Shown in pieces: positions 1 through 8,642 of a stretch of DNA of 42,003 nucleotides. Made by a program: the position numbers and the translations under genes. The DNA lies in IMG/VR virus record IMGVR_UViG_3300042465_002800, positions 1 through 42,003 of that record. One strand, given 5' to 3'. The notes below the pieces were generated by a model. That model was given only the letters and a program-made list of their open reading frames with translations. It was not told the origin of the DNA and did not search any database. How positions within the stretch are numbered: the stretch's first letter is position 1; every line of letters begins with the position of its first letter. This stretch comes from a virus. Lineage: Duplodnaviria > Caudoviricetes.

Positions 1-120
1 CAAGGTATCAACAGAAGTAGACAATGTTATTAAATTAGCAACTGTCTGACTAAACCATTGCACCCACGGCAATATGCCTGCTATTGGTGCAGCGTGTATT
101 GGTGGTTGTGGGAAGTTCAT
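1..120 (-). CDS. Partial (runs off window) phage structural protein, N-terminus MNFPQPPIHAAPIAGILPWVQWF
   Basis: Manually translated from ATG at 120..118 with upstream AGAGG RBS; open to window edge; PP..W..WF start is typical of genes following P22 gp10-like genes. Confidence 0.5.
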   Translation of the reverse strand, partial: MNFPQPPIHAAPIAGILPWVQWFSQTVANLITLSTSVDTL

Positions 121-122
121 TA

Positions 123-152
123 TTTACCTCTTAATAATTTTTATGTTACAAT
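123..152 (+). promoter_or_regulatory. Putative sigma70 promoter (TTTACC-18-TACAAT, extended TG) for a probably leaderless ORF at 159
   Basis: -35 at 123..128, TG at 144..145, -10 at 147..152; ATG at 159 with no RBS. Confidence 0.4.
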
Positions 153-158
153 TTATTT

Positions 159-347
159 ATGAAAACTATAGTCAACAGAAATATTAAAATGTCTAAAAAA
201 ATGATGGAATCTCTATCGCTTTTTGAATCGTATTGCATTATTTATAAAATACAACAAACAACAGAACATACAGTTAAAGAATTTATAAAAAAACATTATA
301 ATCAAAATTTAGCTGATAAATTTAATATTAATTATTTATATCAATAG
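159..347 (+). CDS. Small AT-rich hypothetical protein, antisense to the structural operon
   Basis: 62-aa ORF filling the gap between two minus-strand genes, with its own promoter-like sequence. Confidence 0.5.
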   Translation: MKTIVNRNIKMSKKMMESLSLFESYCIIYKIQQTTEHTVKEFIKKHYNQNLADKFNINYLYQ

Positions 348-1600
348 CCTAAAGACTTTAATATATCAGATGTTATCTGCCCCGAATATATACCTAATTC
401 CATAGATCGTCTATCAGAATCGCTTGGCTTTCTAGGGTTTTGCATATTTCTTGTAGATACAACATGTGGCAAAAGCTCATGCGCCATAATATCTTGATTT
501 AATTTACCTAAACCTTGCCCTGGAACGCCTTTTGGATATGCTCGATGCCCAGAAGAATTAATAATCTTATCGTTTGCAAAAATTTGACCTACATTTTGTA
601 ATCCTAAAACTGGTGATGATAATTGATTTGGATCTGCAACAGCAAGACGAGCTTCTCCAATACTTAATCCCCCTTCATTTCTATAAGTTTTATCAAGCAT
701 ATTTTTTAATGCTTTTCTAGTAGTGTCTGAAGCTGTTCTAAATTGATCTATACCTTCTAAAGATCCAAGTCCTTTAAAATTAGGAATAAATGTTTTTATA
801 TCTTTATTTACTAATCTTTGTGTTTTATTAGACATGTTATTGCTCATATATTTAAGCATTGTTTCGCCAGTCATATTTGCAAAATCGCCACCTGTTGGCG
901 ACATACGCCAGGGTAAATATAATGGATCTTTACCAGTCCATTCTTTTAAGTTTTTTGCATACTTCATAATAGAACTAACAGGCGCATTTCCTGATGCCCA
1001 AACTTGCCCAGGATTATTAAACATATAATCTTGACCACCTTGTAAATCTACATTTAAAGGAACGTCATTTATAGATTGTAATTTTCCAACATTAGTTCTA
1101 TCAGACATAGAAGTTATAAATGGATAACCCTCATAGTCTGCCAAAGATATATTTTGTATTTGTGTATCAGGAACATCAATAGAAGTTGTTAAATTTTTTA
1201 ATTTTTCTTGCTCTAATTTTCTAGGGTCAAATCTAGGGTCAAACCCAAAATCCCCCATGCGAATGTTTTTAATACTCATACCAACTGGCAACCCTTCAGT
1301 CATTTTTGCCATTGGGGTTAAAGCAGAAAGCGCATCTACTAAACTTTGTTTACGTTCCCTTTTAATTTGTGGCAACCCCATTTCTGTAGATTGAAATGGT
1401 GAATTACCATAAGACCAGTTTTCTATTTCTTCTGGTGACTTACCAAGAAACATGTCGCCCATGCCGCCAAGATACGGCACGTTTACTTTATTGCCAAAAT
1501 TACGAACAGCGCCAAGTCCAGACGATAAGCCACCCAATAATTTATCTTGGGGAATAGACTGCATTTTGTTTTGACGCACCATATCCGCTAGACTTGCCAT
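341..1600 (-). CDS. Hypothetical phage protein, possibly virion-packaged/ejected cargo
   Basis: 419-aa ORF coupled (TAATG) to upstream nozzle gene; low-complexity G/M-rich N-terminus then globular domain. Confidence 0.7.
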   Translation of the reverse strand: MASLADMVRQNKMQSIPQDKLLGGLSSGLGAVRNFGNKVNVPYLGGMGDMFLGKSPEEIENWSYGNSPFQSTEMGLPQIKRERKQSLVDALSALTPMAKMTEGLPVGMSIKNIRMGDFGFDPRFDPRKLEQEKLKNLTTSIDVPDTQIQNISLADYEGYPFITSMSDRTNVGKLQSINDVPLNVDLQGGQDYMFNNPGQVWASGNAPVSSIMKYAKNLKEWTGKDPLYLPWRMSPTGGDFANMTGETMLKYMSNNMSNKTQRLVNKDIKTFIPNFKGLGSLEGIDQFRTASDTTRKALKNMLDKTYRNEGGLSIGEARLAVADPNQLSSPVLGLQNVGQIFANDKIINSSGHRAYPKGVPGQGLGKLNQDIMAHELLPHVVSTRNMQNPRKPSDSDRRSMELGIYSGQITSDILKSLGY

Positions 1601-3279
1601 TATTTACTCGCCTCTGTTGCTTCAATAACACCTTGCATTAGCAAGAACTTAACAGGATCAGTCATTCTAATTTTAAACACAAAATCCCTAGCCCAACCAA
1701 GTCTACGCCATTCAGCTCGCATAGAATATTCGCCTAATGCACCCATACTTACCCATAATTCTTGGCCATAAGTATGCCCACCATCACGGCTTATAGATAG
1801 CATAATTTTTGGGTTACTTCCTATTACACTAGAATTGCCCATACCACCTTCCATATCAAGCCTTAAACGGCTTACACGCACTTTATTTCTACCAGTAGTA
1901 AACAAGTGTCCACTTGATAGCTCACGTTCAATAGGCAGGCCGTTATCAGTAAATGCTTGCTGTGAAAAATAAGATAACAATCCGCTGTTATAGTCACTAA
2001 CAATCAACTTAGTATTAAAAGCACAACACAAATCACCAAAGTGGCGAGTCATATCCCATGATTTTAATTGTGACCAAGCATTTGACATTACATCATATAG
2101 CCAAGTTTTACCTTCTGATTGAAATGTAATTTGATAATAGATACGCCCATTCAACGTATAACCAAAACCAACGGCATCAGATGGTGAAGCATATTGATTA
2201 ATAATGTAATCAATATCTGGCGTTGACACTTGAATTACTTCATAGCCTTGTAGTTGACCAATAAATAATGCGCCATGCTTGTTCTTGAATAACCCTGTTA
2301 AAAAGTCACCACAACGGCTTAATGACCATCTAGCCATTAATCCTGACGGTGATGGCGCTCCGTTGATGCGTTCAAAAGGAAACGCTTGTGCGCCACTATT
2401 TACCCATAGTTCAATGCTTGACGTACCAAGTAACGCCAAGTAACCTTTATCAGCAATAACCACTTGTAGATTATCGGGATTAGATTCGGCAGTTGCAAAG
2501 TTTAAAGCATCCCATGTTAAGCCGTCATACTGCCCAGATATATAAAACTGTCCTGTATTGGCACGATTAACAATAAAATATGAATCAAGAAAAGTAACAG
2601 TATCAGCACCACCAGCAGGCAACAATGCAGTAATACCTGTTAATGAATTTAATGTTGGATTATAAATATAGCCATAAGTGCCTGTAACAATACAAAGTTG
2701 AGCGCCATTATTAGCCATACTTACACGACCATTAATATCAGTTGGATTGATACTAGTTAATGTGCGTGTTGTAGATGTAAAGGCAGAAAATGCAATAGTT
2801 GCATCACCTGTGCCTAATGTTTTGGTTAGTGTGCCGCTTGCTGATGGCGCTGTGCCGCTTGTTTTACTGCAAACAATAGTACCAGAGCCAGCGGTAATAT
2901 TAACGGTTTGAACGGTAAATATACAGCCATTATTGCTGTAGGTGCTTGAGTAGATTACTGGCAATACAGTTACACCAGATACAGTAAAAGTATAATAAGT
3001 TGGCTTTATTATATTTGCCGTTCCATCTGCCGCTATTGACCACAAATCACCACGTTGCACAACATACAACGCATTATTGGCTTCCATCCAGTGCATACCA
3101 CGGCTAGGGCTTGAAGATACCGTTGAAAATAATACAGTACCTGGCGTTCCATAAGCAACAACATTTGCTTTGTCAGTATCAGCTTGCACATCATAATAAA
3201 CATTAAGACGATGCATAGCAGTAATGTTAGATGATTTTGATTGTTGGCCTAAACCAAATAGTTTTATTTCTTGTGGCAT
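1600..3279 (-). CDS. P22 gp10-like packaged-DNA stabilisation / tail nozzle protein
   Basis: 559 aa with family-typical motifs YGTPG, DSYFI, FATAESNPD, TWLYD, SRDGGHTY, WRRLG, RDFVFKIRMTDP. Confidence 0.85.
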   Translation of the reverse strand: MPQEIKLFGLGQQSKSSNITAMHRLNVYYDVQADTDKANVVAYGTPGTVLFSTVSSSPSRGMHWMEANNALYVVQRGDLWSIAADGTANIIKPTYYTFTVSGVTVLPVIYSSTYSNNGCIFTVQTVNITAGSGTIVCSKTSGTAPSASGTLTKTLGTGDATIAFSAFTSTTRTLTSINPTDINGRVSMANNGAQLCIVTGTYGYIYNPTLNSLTGITALLPAGGADTVTFLDSYFIVNRANTGQFYISGQYDGLTWDALNFATAESNPDNLQVVIADKGYLALLGTSSIELWVNSGAQAFPFERINGAPSPSGLMARWSLSRCGDFLTGLFKNKHGALFIGQLQGYEVIQVSTPDIDYIINQYASPSDAVGFGYTLNGRIYYQITFQSEGKTWLYDVMSNAWSQLKSWDMTRHFGDLCCAFNTKLIVSDYNSGLLSYFSQQAFTDNGLPIERELSSGHLFTTGRNKVRVSRLRLDMEGGMGNSSVIGSNPKIMLSISRDGGHTYGQELWVSMGALGEYSMRAEWRRLGWARDFVFKIRMTDPVKFLLMQGVIEATEASK

Positions 3280-3566
3280 TAAATAACCCTCATTTCAATA
3301 AGTTGGCAGGCTAGTGCTATTATAATCATTTCTTCATCATCTTCTTCATTATATTGCTCAGGTTCTTCTTTTAATTTGCCTTTATATGTGCCAGCTCCAC
3401 CGTATAAATTTACTGGTTGTTTTTTTACATAAGTTAGTGTTGCATTGTTGCCAACAAAAATATAACTTCCTGTAGCGCAAGTTAGCGCATAACTTACTTT
3501 TGCAGCAGGCGCATCTGGTAATGATGCCCACGGTGCTGAAGCAAATGACCCAAATCCAAAAACCAT
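3279..3566 (-). CDS. Small structural accessory protein with acidic-hydrophobic C-terminus (EDDEEMIII); allele of 41282..41740
   Basis: First 40 aa identical to the 152-aa ORF at 41282..41740; TAATG coupling on both sides. Confidence 0.7.
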   Translation of the reverse strand: MVFGFGSFASAPWASLPDAPAAKVSYALTCATGSYIFVGNNATLTYVKKQPVNLYGGAGTYKGKLKEEPEQYNEEDDEEMIIIALACQLIEMRVI

Positions 3567-3568
3567 TA
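3447..3568. repeat. 122-bp exact direct repeat, copy 1 (copy 2 at 41621..41742)
   Basis: Base-by-base comparison of the two regions. Confidence 0.95.
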
Positions 3569-5665
3569 TAATTTACTTATAGTATAAATAACACCAGGGG
3601 ATTGAGGCGTTACAGGCGTAGCTGTTGCAGGAAGTGTTTCTAGTAATACCCCTGCCACATCTGAATGCCACCAAAGTTCAATATAATCCCCTGCCGCCAT
3701 ATTAAATAATTGGTTTAATGATAAAATTATTTGTCCATTTATACTGCCACGCTTAACTGGTATCCCTGTTGTTGACGCAGAATTAACAACATCAACTCCG
3801 TTATATCTAACCCAGAATGAAGTTTCAGCTATTGACGCTGTTGGGTTGGCTGTTTGTATACTAAATTGAAAATTATATACACCAGCTATGGCCACCGTAA
3901 TTCTGCCTGCTGATATAGATACCCCATTACTTATGAGTGTTGAAGCGCACCCCACCAAATAAGCTATTGTAGTTAATGTTGCTGTCTGAGTAGTTGTGTC
4001 ATAAAAAGAACCAAAAACAGGTTTAATGTATGACGGATACCATTTTAAAGTAACAGCATCGTACGTCATTATCAAGGCTTCGCCAATTACAGCCGTTGTA
4101 ACCAAAGCTATATTCCCTGCTGTTGTGGTAGACCATACCCCTGTTGGAATCAATGTAATCTGCCCACCTGTTGTTGCTATGCCTGTAGGTGGTGTGATGG
4201 TTGCAATGCTGATATTACCTGATACAAACACAATGCTGGTTGTAGGCGCAATGGTTGTAGCACTGGCTATGGTCGGTGCTACTTGACCTGATGCTTGCAC
4301 CCCGAATACTTTAGTAGCCAGTGTTGATGAGTTACCAATAGTAGTTGTGTTTGATCCAATACCTATGGCGTTATAACCAATAACTGTTTCATTCGTATTG
4401 TTGTTAGCTAAGGCTCTGGTGTTGTAACCAACATAAGTCGAGTTATTTGTTATAGTTAGTGCTGTTGCTCCGTCAGCAATGTAGCGCCCAGCGTTCACAC
4501 CACTAGCTGTGTTCTGGGTGCCTGTGGTGTTGCTGAAGAGGGCGCTCATACCACTGGCTGTGTTGTAGTAGCCTGTGGTGTTGGAGTAGAGTGCGCCCAC
4601 ACCTACAGCTGTGTTGTAGTAGCCTGTGGTGTTGTAGAAGAGTGCACTCACACCACTAGCTGTGTTCTGGTAGCCTGTGGTGTTATTCTGGAGTGCACTC
4701 ACACCACTAGCTGTGTTGCTAGTACCTGTGGTGTTATTCTGGAGTGCTTGCATCCCACTAGCTGTGTTCTGGGTGCCTGTGGTGTTGTTCTGGAGTGCTT
4801 GCATCCCACTAGCTGTGTTGCTAGTACCTGTGGTGTTGCTGAAGAGGGCGCTCATACCACTGGCTGTGTTGTAGTAGCCTGTGGTGTTGGAGTAGAGTGC
4901 GCCCACACCTACAGCTGTGTTGTAGTAGCCTGTGGTGTTGTAGAAGAGTGCACTCACACCACTAGCTGTGTTCTGGTAGCCTGTGGTGTTATTCTGGAGT
5001 GCGCCCTGCCCACTAGCTGTGTTGCTAGTACCTGTGGTGTTATTCTGGAGTGCTTGCATCCCACTAGCTGTGTTCTGGGTGCCTGTGGTGTTGTACCTAC
5101 CTGAATTTAAACCCAGAAATGTATTGCTACTCGCTGTGTTTATTCTGGCTTCAAATCGTACGGTGTTGGTTGAATCTTTTAGTGATATAGCCGGAGTAGA
5201 TACAGCAGTTAGTGATTTGATAGATACAATAATTGTGCCGACAAAGGTAGCAGTAGGTGTTATAACCAGATTACCCGTTGTTGTAGCAGTTGGCCCAAAT
5301 GCACCTGTTGCAGTAATACCAGCAAGTGATTGTCCACCAAAAGCAAGTGTAAACGAGCCAGCACTCCTCACTACAGTATAAGCAATTTGATACTTTGTAG
5401 CTGCTACTGCGGCTGTTGGGTAAGATAAAGGCGATACGTTACTAGCTCCATTTACCCAACCCGTAGTATTGTTACCTGTCCAACCTGTTGAAGTCCAAGT
5501 GGCTGTAGTTATAAACTCGTCACTATACGTTGGTAAATCAGTTGCTGTTGTACCTGTTGATGTCAGCGTACCAATAGTGACCGCTACTTTGTTTTGAAAC
5601 GCCATATCCCCCAACATCCCATTGACTGGCACTTGATCTGGTGCTGTACCAATTAGTGTACTCAT
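3566..5665 (-). CDS. Tail/head fibre adhesin with 17-aa NTAxG..AL..NTTG repeats (trimeric-autotransporter-head-like) and extra C-terminal domain
   Basis: 699 aa, T/G/S/N-rich, 11 tandem 17-aa repeats; C-terminal ~153 aa beta-rich (AGVYNFQFSIQ..GDYIELWW), C1q/BclA-like by motif. Confidence 0.8.
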   Translation of the reverse strand: MSTLIGTAPDQVPVNGMLGDMAFQNKVAVTIGTLTSTGTTATDLPTYSDEFITTATWTSTGWTGNNTTGWVNGASNVSPLSYPTAAVAATKYQIAYTVVRSAGSFTLAFGGQSLAGITATGAFGPTATTTGNLVITPTATFVGTIIVSIKSLTAVSTPAISLKDSTNTVRFEARINTASSNTFLGLNSGRYNTTGTQNTASGMQALQNNTTGTSNTASGQGALQNNTTGYQNTASGVSALFYNTTGYYNTAVGVGALYSNTTGYYNTASGMSALFSNTTGTSNTASGMQALQNNTTGTQNTASGMQALQNNTTGTSNTASGVSALQNNTTGYQNTASGVSALFYNTTGYYNTAVGVGALYSNTTGYYNTASGMSALFSNTTGTQNTASGVNAGRYIADGATALTITNNSTYVGYNTRALANNNTNETVIGYNAIGIGSNTTTIGNSSTLATKVFGVQASGQVAPTIASATTIAPTTSIVFVSGNISIATITPPTGIATTGGQITLIPTGVWSTTTAGNIALVTTAVIGEALIMTYDAVTLKWYPSYIKPVFGSFYDTTTQTATLTTIAYLVGCASTLISNGVSISAGRITVAIAGVYNFQFSIQTANPTASIAETSFWVRYNGVDVVNSASTTGIPVKRGSINGQIILSLNQLFNMAAGDYIELWWHSDVAGVLLETLPATATPVTPQSPGVIYTISKL
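4028..4288. repeat. Homologous block to window end 41743..42003 (4191..4288 exact for 98 nt; 4028..4190 ~83% identical)
   Basis: Manual alignment: 28 mismatches in ~163 nt, mostly third codon positions, then 98 nt exact to the last base of the window. Confidence 0.95.
4500..5095 (-). repeat. 51-bp coding tandem repeats with a 306-bp higher-order period (4521..4696 = 4827..5002 exact)
   Basis: Repeated CCTGTGGTGTT / CTAGCTGTGTT units; 176-nt exact duplicate at offset 306. Confidence 0.9.
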
Positions 5666-6126
5666 AAGATTACCTCAGGCCAGCCAGCCCAGTTATTCGG
5701 TATATGCAAAACAGGCGGTACAGGATTACCCTCTGCGTCCGCTGTGTCCGGTAAGTAGTTAATGAAGCTAGGGTCTAATGCTTGTAACTCAACCAAAGGA
5801 GAATCAGCATTGCCTTCCCATTGCCACATACCCATGACTGTAAACGGTAGCTGTAGTGCTGTAATTGCTTCAACAGTAAAATTGTCTGTTGTTGTTGCGT
5901 CTAGGATTGATAACCCCGTGTACACTGTGATAATGTCGGGTAGTGGTGCATCTGTTGTAGACTCAGGGTCAGGCGTAGTGATTGTATAAGTTTCCGTACC
6001 ATAGCTAATCGTACCCGGCATTGGCATAATGTACTGAGCAAACACAGAGCTAATACCCGCCTGTTGCTCAGGTGTCAGTTGGTCAACTGTTAGCCCTGTG
6101 GGACTTGTTAGTATTAGTCTTTTCAT
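5662..6126 (-). CDS. Hypothetical fibre-associated protein (possible fibre chaperone)
   Basis: 154-aa ORF between two fibre genes with 4-nt overlaps; ends P.NNWAGW. Confidence 0.65.
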   Translation of the reverse strand: MKRLILTSPTGLTVDQLTPEQQAGISSVFAQYIMPMPGTISYGTETYTITTPDPESTTDAPLPDIITVYTGLSILDATTTDNFTVEAITALQLPFTVMGMWQWEGNADSPLVELQALDPSFINYLPDTADAEGNPVPPVLHIPNNWAGWPEVIL

Positions 6127-8213
6127 GATGTCAACGCCACTAAAGAAGATGATGAAAGAGCTACAGGGTAGTAGGAGAGTTTGCGGATGTGACCGTTCAT
6201 ACTTTGGGTAAAATATGTTCCAAAATACGCATTATTAATATTTGGTGGTAACGTAACTGTTGAGTCGTTTGCTACTGTTCCACCATTAACACAGAAATTA
6301 TTATTGTTAGTAATATATGAACCAATTATCTTATAGTTTGTATTTAAAGATATTGATCCTATATCAATATTGCCTTGATTAACACTCGTTGATACTGTAA
6401 CAAATCTATTCGTAAGCCCAGAAATTCCTTTTAATAACGATATATAATTTACTGCACCGCTTCCTTCCGAAATAGTAAATATGTACCCTGTTGCCAGCCC
6501 AAACGTATCATAATCAACATAAACCGTCCCCTGCGCCTGATTATACCAACTACTAAAGTTAGTCCCTGTCATTGACGCTTGGTCAGCAGCACGAGTTACG
6601 GTTGATGCAACTGTAGGAATTAGACTTGTTGCAAAACTACCAGCCTCAAGCTGTGCGCCCCAGATGTAAATGCCTGAGTAGCCATCGCCAAGAAATGCAG
6701 AAGTAGCGTATGAGGTGGCTGTATCTCCGGCTACAACTATTTGGAGTCTAGTATTAGCTGCGGCTAATGTACCAACTATCGAACATCTATACCAGCCGTT
6801 ACCGACACTACTAATGCTTCCAGACCCACCTGTTGAACTGATTACTACTCCAGAAATTAAATCAAAAACACCCTCTCGACCAACAGTATTGTCTCTTAAT
6901 ACTATTCTTCTTTTTTCCCCTGCTTTAGCGTATATATAATAAGCATAACTAATTGCAGTTGTGGTTACTTGTTGCCTTAATGTATGTATAGCAGTTGTAG
7001 CGTCAGAATATAGTTTACACCCAGTTAAAGACCCATCAGGTGCAATAATGGTATTAGGCGTTTTTAATGCCCCACCCTCTAATACCCAAACCGCATTACT
7101 AAAATCACTACTATAAGTCAGTAAATTAGTCCTACTCTCCTCAATCAACAACCCCAAGCTCTTACCCGTTATCGGATCACAGTCAAACCTTGCGACACCA
7201 GCAGGTGCTGTCATTAATACTGGTATGTAGTTAGTGATAGCTGCGGTGGTTGTGGGTGTGTAGGCTGTGGCTGAGGAGCGTTGTTCTAGTTGTGCGCCCC
7301 AGATGTTAACGGTAGTTGATAAAGTATTTACTTCATTAAATGCAGCAGTTGATGATGTTACTAATTGCACTGTAATATTAGCTGCACTTGCTGATGAGTT
7401 TGTCATAGATAATCTATACCAACCAGAACCCACACTTGTTATTGTTCCAGTTGTTCCAGTTCCGTTAGAACCTGGAAGTCCCGTTGATAAGTCAAAATTA
7501 ATATAACAGGTTGCATCTCCACCATATCTTAATTGCACATAGTTTTGCGATACTGCTTGAACGTATATTGATAATGTTTTTGCAAATGCTCCTGTAATAC
7601 TAGAAATACTATAAACAACTCCGTGTGCAGCAGACACTCCGCTACCAATCATAGGGTACGCTGTAGTTGCACCATCTGGAGCAGTTACAGCAGAACCTAA
7701 AGTAACACCACTTACAGACCAACCACCTCCAGTGAATAGCTGGCTATTTAAAAACAAATTCTGCTCAGCCATCGCAGTAGTCTGACCATCATAATAAGCA
7801 GCAGTGCTGTTACGCACGAACGTGATGCGAGGGTCTAGTTGTCGGGTGTTTGCAAAGTCAAGGTTGAGCGATGGTTGGATTGTGGGGTATGCAGCAGGAG
7901 CGGCTAACACAGCCGTTGCCGCAGGATAGGTACAGAATATGTTTTTAGTGCCAGCAGCAAAGGAAACAGCGGTTGTACCGCCTGCGCTGGAAGTTAATAT
8001 TTTATCAACAGTGATTGAATTGGCGGCAGAGGTATATGTACCTAAAATGTCCATCCAATTAGTGCCATTGGTAATGGTGTAATAAGTGCTATTTGTATTG
8101 CCAATGCCTACGCTAAATGTCTGGTATCCTGTAACGCCTCCGCCCAGAACAAATGGCCCAGAGCCAGTTGAGGTTGAAACTTCTTGTACTCTATCATTTA
8201 CTACTAGCGTCAT
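6123..8213 (-). CDS. Fibre/spike protein with two duplicated carbohydrate-binding-like modules and LamG/ConA-like C-terminus
   Basis: 696 aa; N-terminal DRVQE..FAAGTKNIFCTYPA anchor; internal duplication NL..S..F...W / APDG / GWYR / IWGAQLE. Confidence 0.8.
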   Translation of the reverse strand: MTLVVNDRVQEVSTSTGSGPFVLGGGVTGYQTFSVGIGNTNSTYYTITNGTNWMDILGTYTSAANSITVDKILTSSAGGTTAVSFAAGTKNIFCTYPAATAVLAAPAAYPTIQPSLNLDFANTRQLDPRITFVRNSTAAYYDGQTTAMAEQNLFLNSQLFTGGGWSVSGVTLGSAVTAPDGATTAYPMIGSGVSAAHGVVYSISSITGAFAKTLSIYVQAVSQNYVQLRYGGDATCYINFDLSTGLPGSNGTGTTGTITSVGSGWYRLSMTNSSASAANITVQLVTSSTAAFNEVNTLSTTVNIWGAQLEQRSSATAYTPTTTAAITNYIPVLMTAPAGVARFDCDPITGKSLGLLIEESRTNLLTYSSDFSNAVWVLEGGALKTPNTIIAPDGSLTGCKLYSDATTAIHTLRQQVTTTAISYAYYIYAKAGEKRRIVLRDNTVGREGVFDLISGVVISSTGGSGSISSVGNGWYRCSIVGTLAAANTRLQIVVAGDTATSYATSAFLGDGYSGIYIWGAQLEAGSFATSLIPTVASTVTRAADQASMTGTNFSSWYNQAQGTVYVDYDTFGLATGYIFTISEGSGAVNYISLLKGISGLTNRFVTVSTSVNQGNIDIGSISLNTNYKIIGSYITNNNNFCVNGGTVANDSTVTLPPNINNAYFGTYFTQSMNGHIRKLSYYPVALSSSSLVALTS

Positions 8214-8225
8214 ATTATACTCTTA

Positions 8226-8642
8226 TTAAGTGACTGAAAATACGCCGTTAGTAGCGTCTAAAGTATTTGCAAATGTATCGCCGTTTGTACCATTCATTAC
8301 TATAACTGAACCATAATCCCAATAGCCTACAGGTTTACTAGTAGTTGAGTCCCATAGCACCACATATCTAAATGTAAAGCCTGCGGCTGAAGCAGTCCAC
8401 GTTGGTGGAGATGCTAAAACTAATTTATAGACTCCCGCAACATTTGTACTGGAAGTAGTAGTGCAAGTATTTCCGCCAGCAGTATAGCCCCCATTTGTAG
8501 CTAAATCAGTTGTACCCGGAGTAAATGTAGTATCTGCTCCATTGACTGTTAGCGCTAATGCAACTTTCCATACATCTGTTCCCGCATTAATCCCTTCAGC
8601 TAATGCTTCTGCTCCAGAAGTATATTTAGTGAAAGTTGCCAT
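8226..8642 (-). CDS. Phage structural protein
   Basis: 138 aa directly after portal; KVAL, GYTAGG, FRYVVLWD, GYWDYG motifs common in virion proteins. Confidence 0.7.
   Translation of the reverse strand: MATFTKYTSGAEALAEGINAGTDVWKVALALTVNGADTTFTPGTTDLATNGGYTAGGNTCTTTSSTNVAGVYKLVLASPPTWTASAAGFTFRYVVLWDSTTSKPVGYWDYGSVIVMNGTNGDTFANTLDATNGVFSVT

Noticed and set aside
4028-4190. Diversity-generating retroelement TR/VR pair with 41743..41905
   Set aside because: Mismatches are mostly synonymous third positions and not adenine-specific; no reverse transcriptase in the window
4677-5381. Plus-strand ORFs over the fibre repeats (and other antisense ORFs in the track)
   Set aside because: Shadow frames of well-supported minus-strand genes
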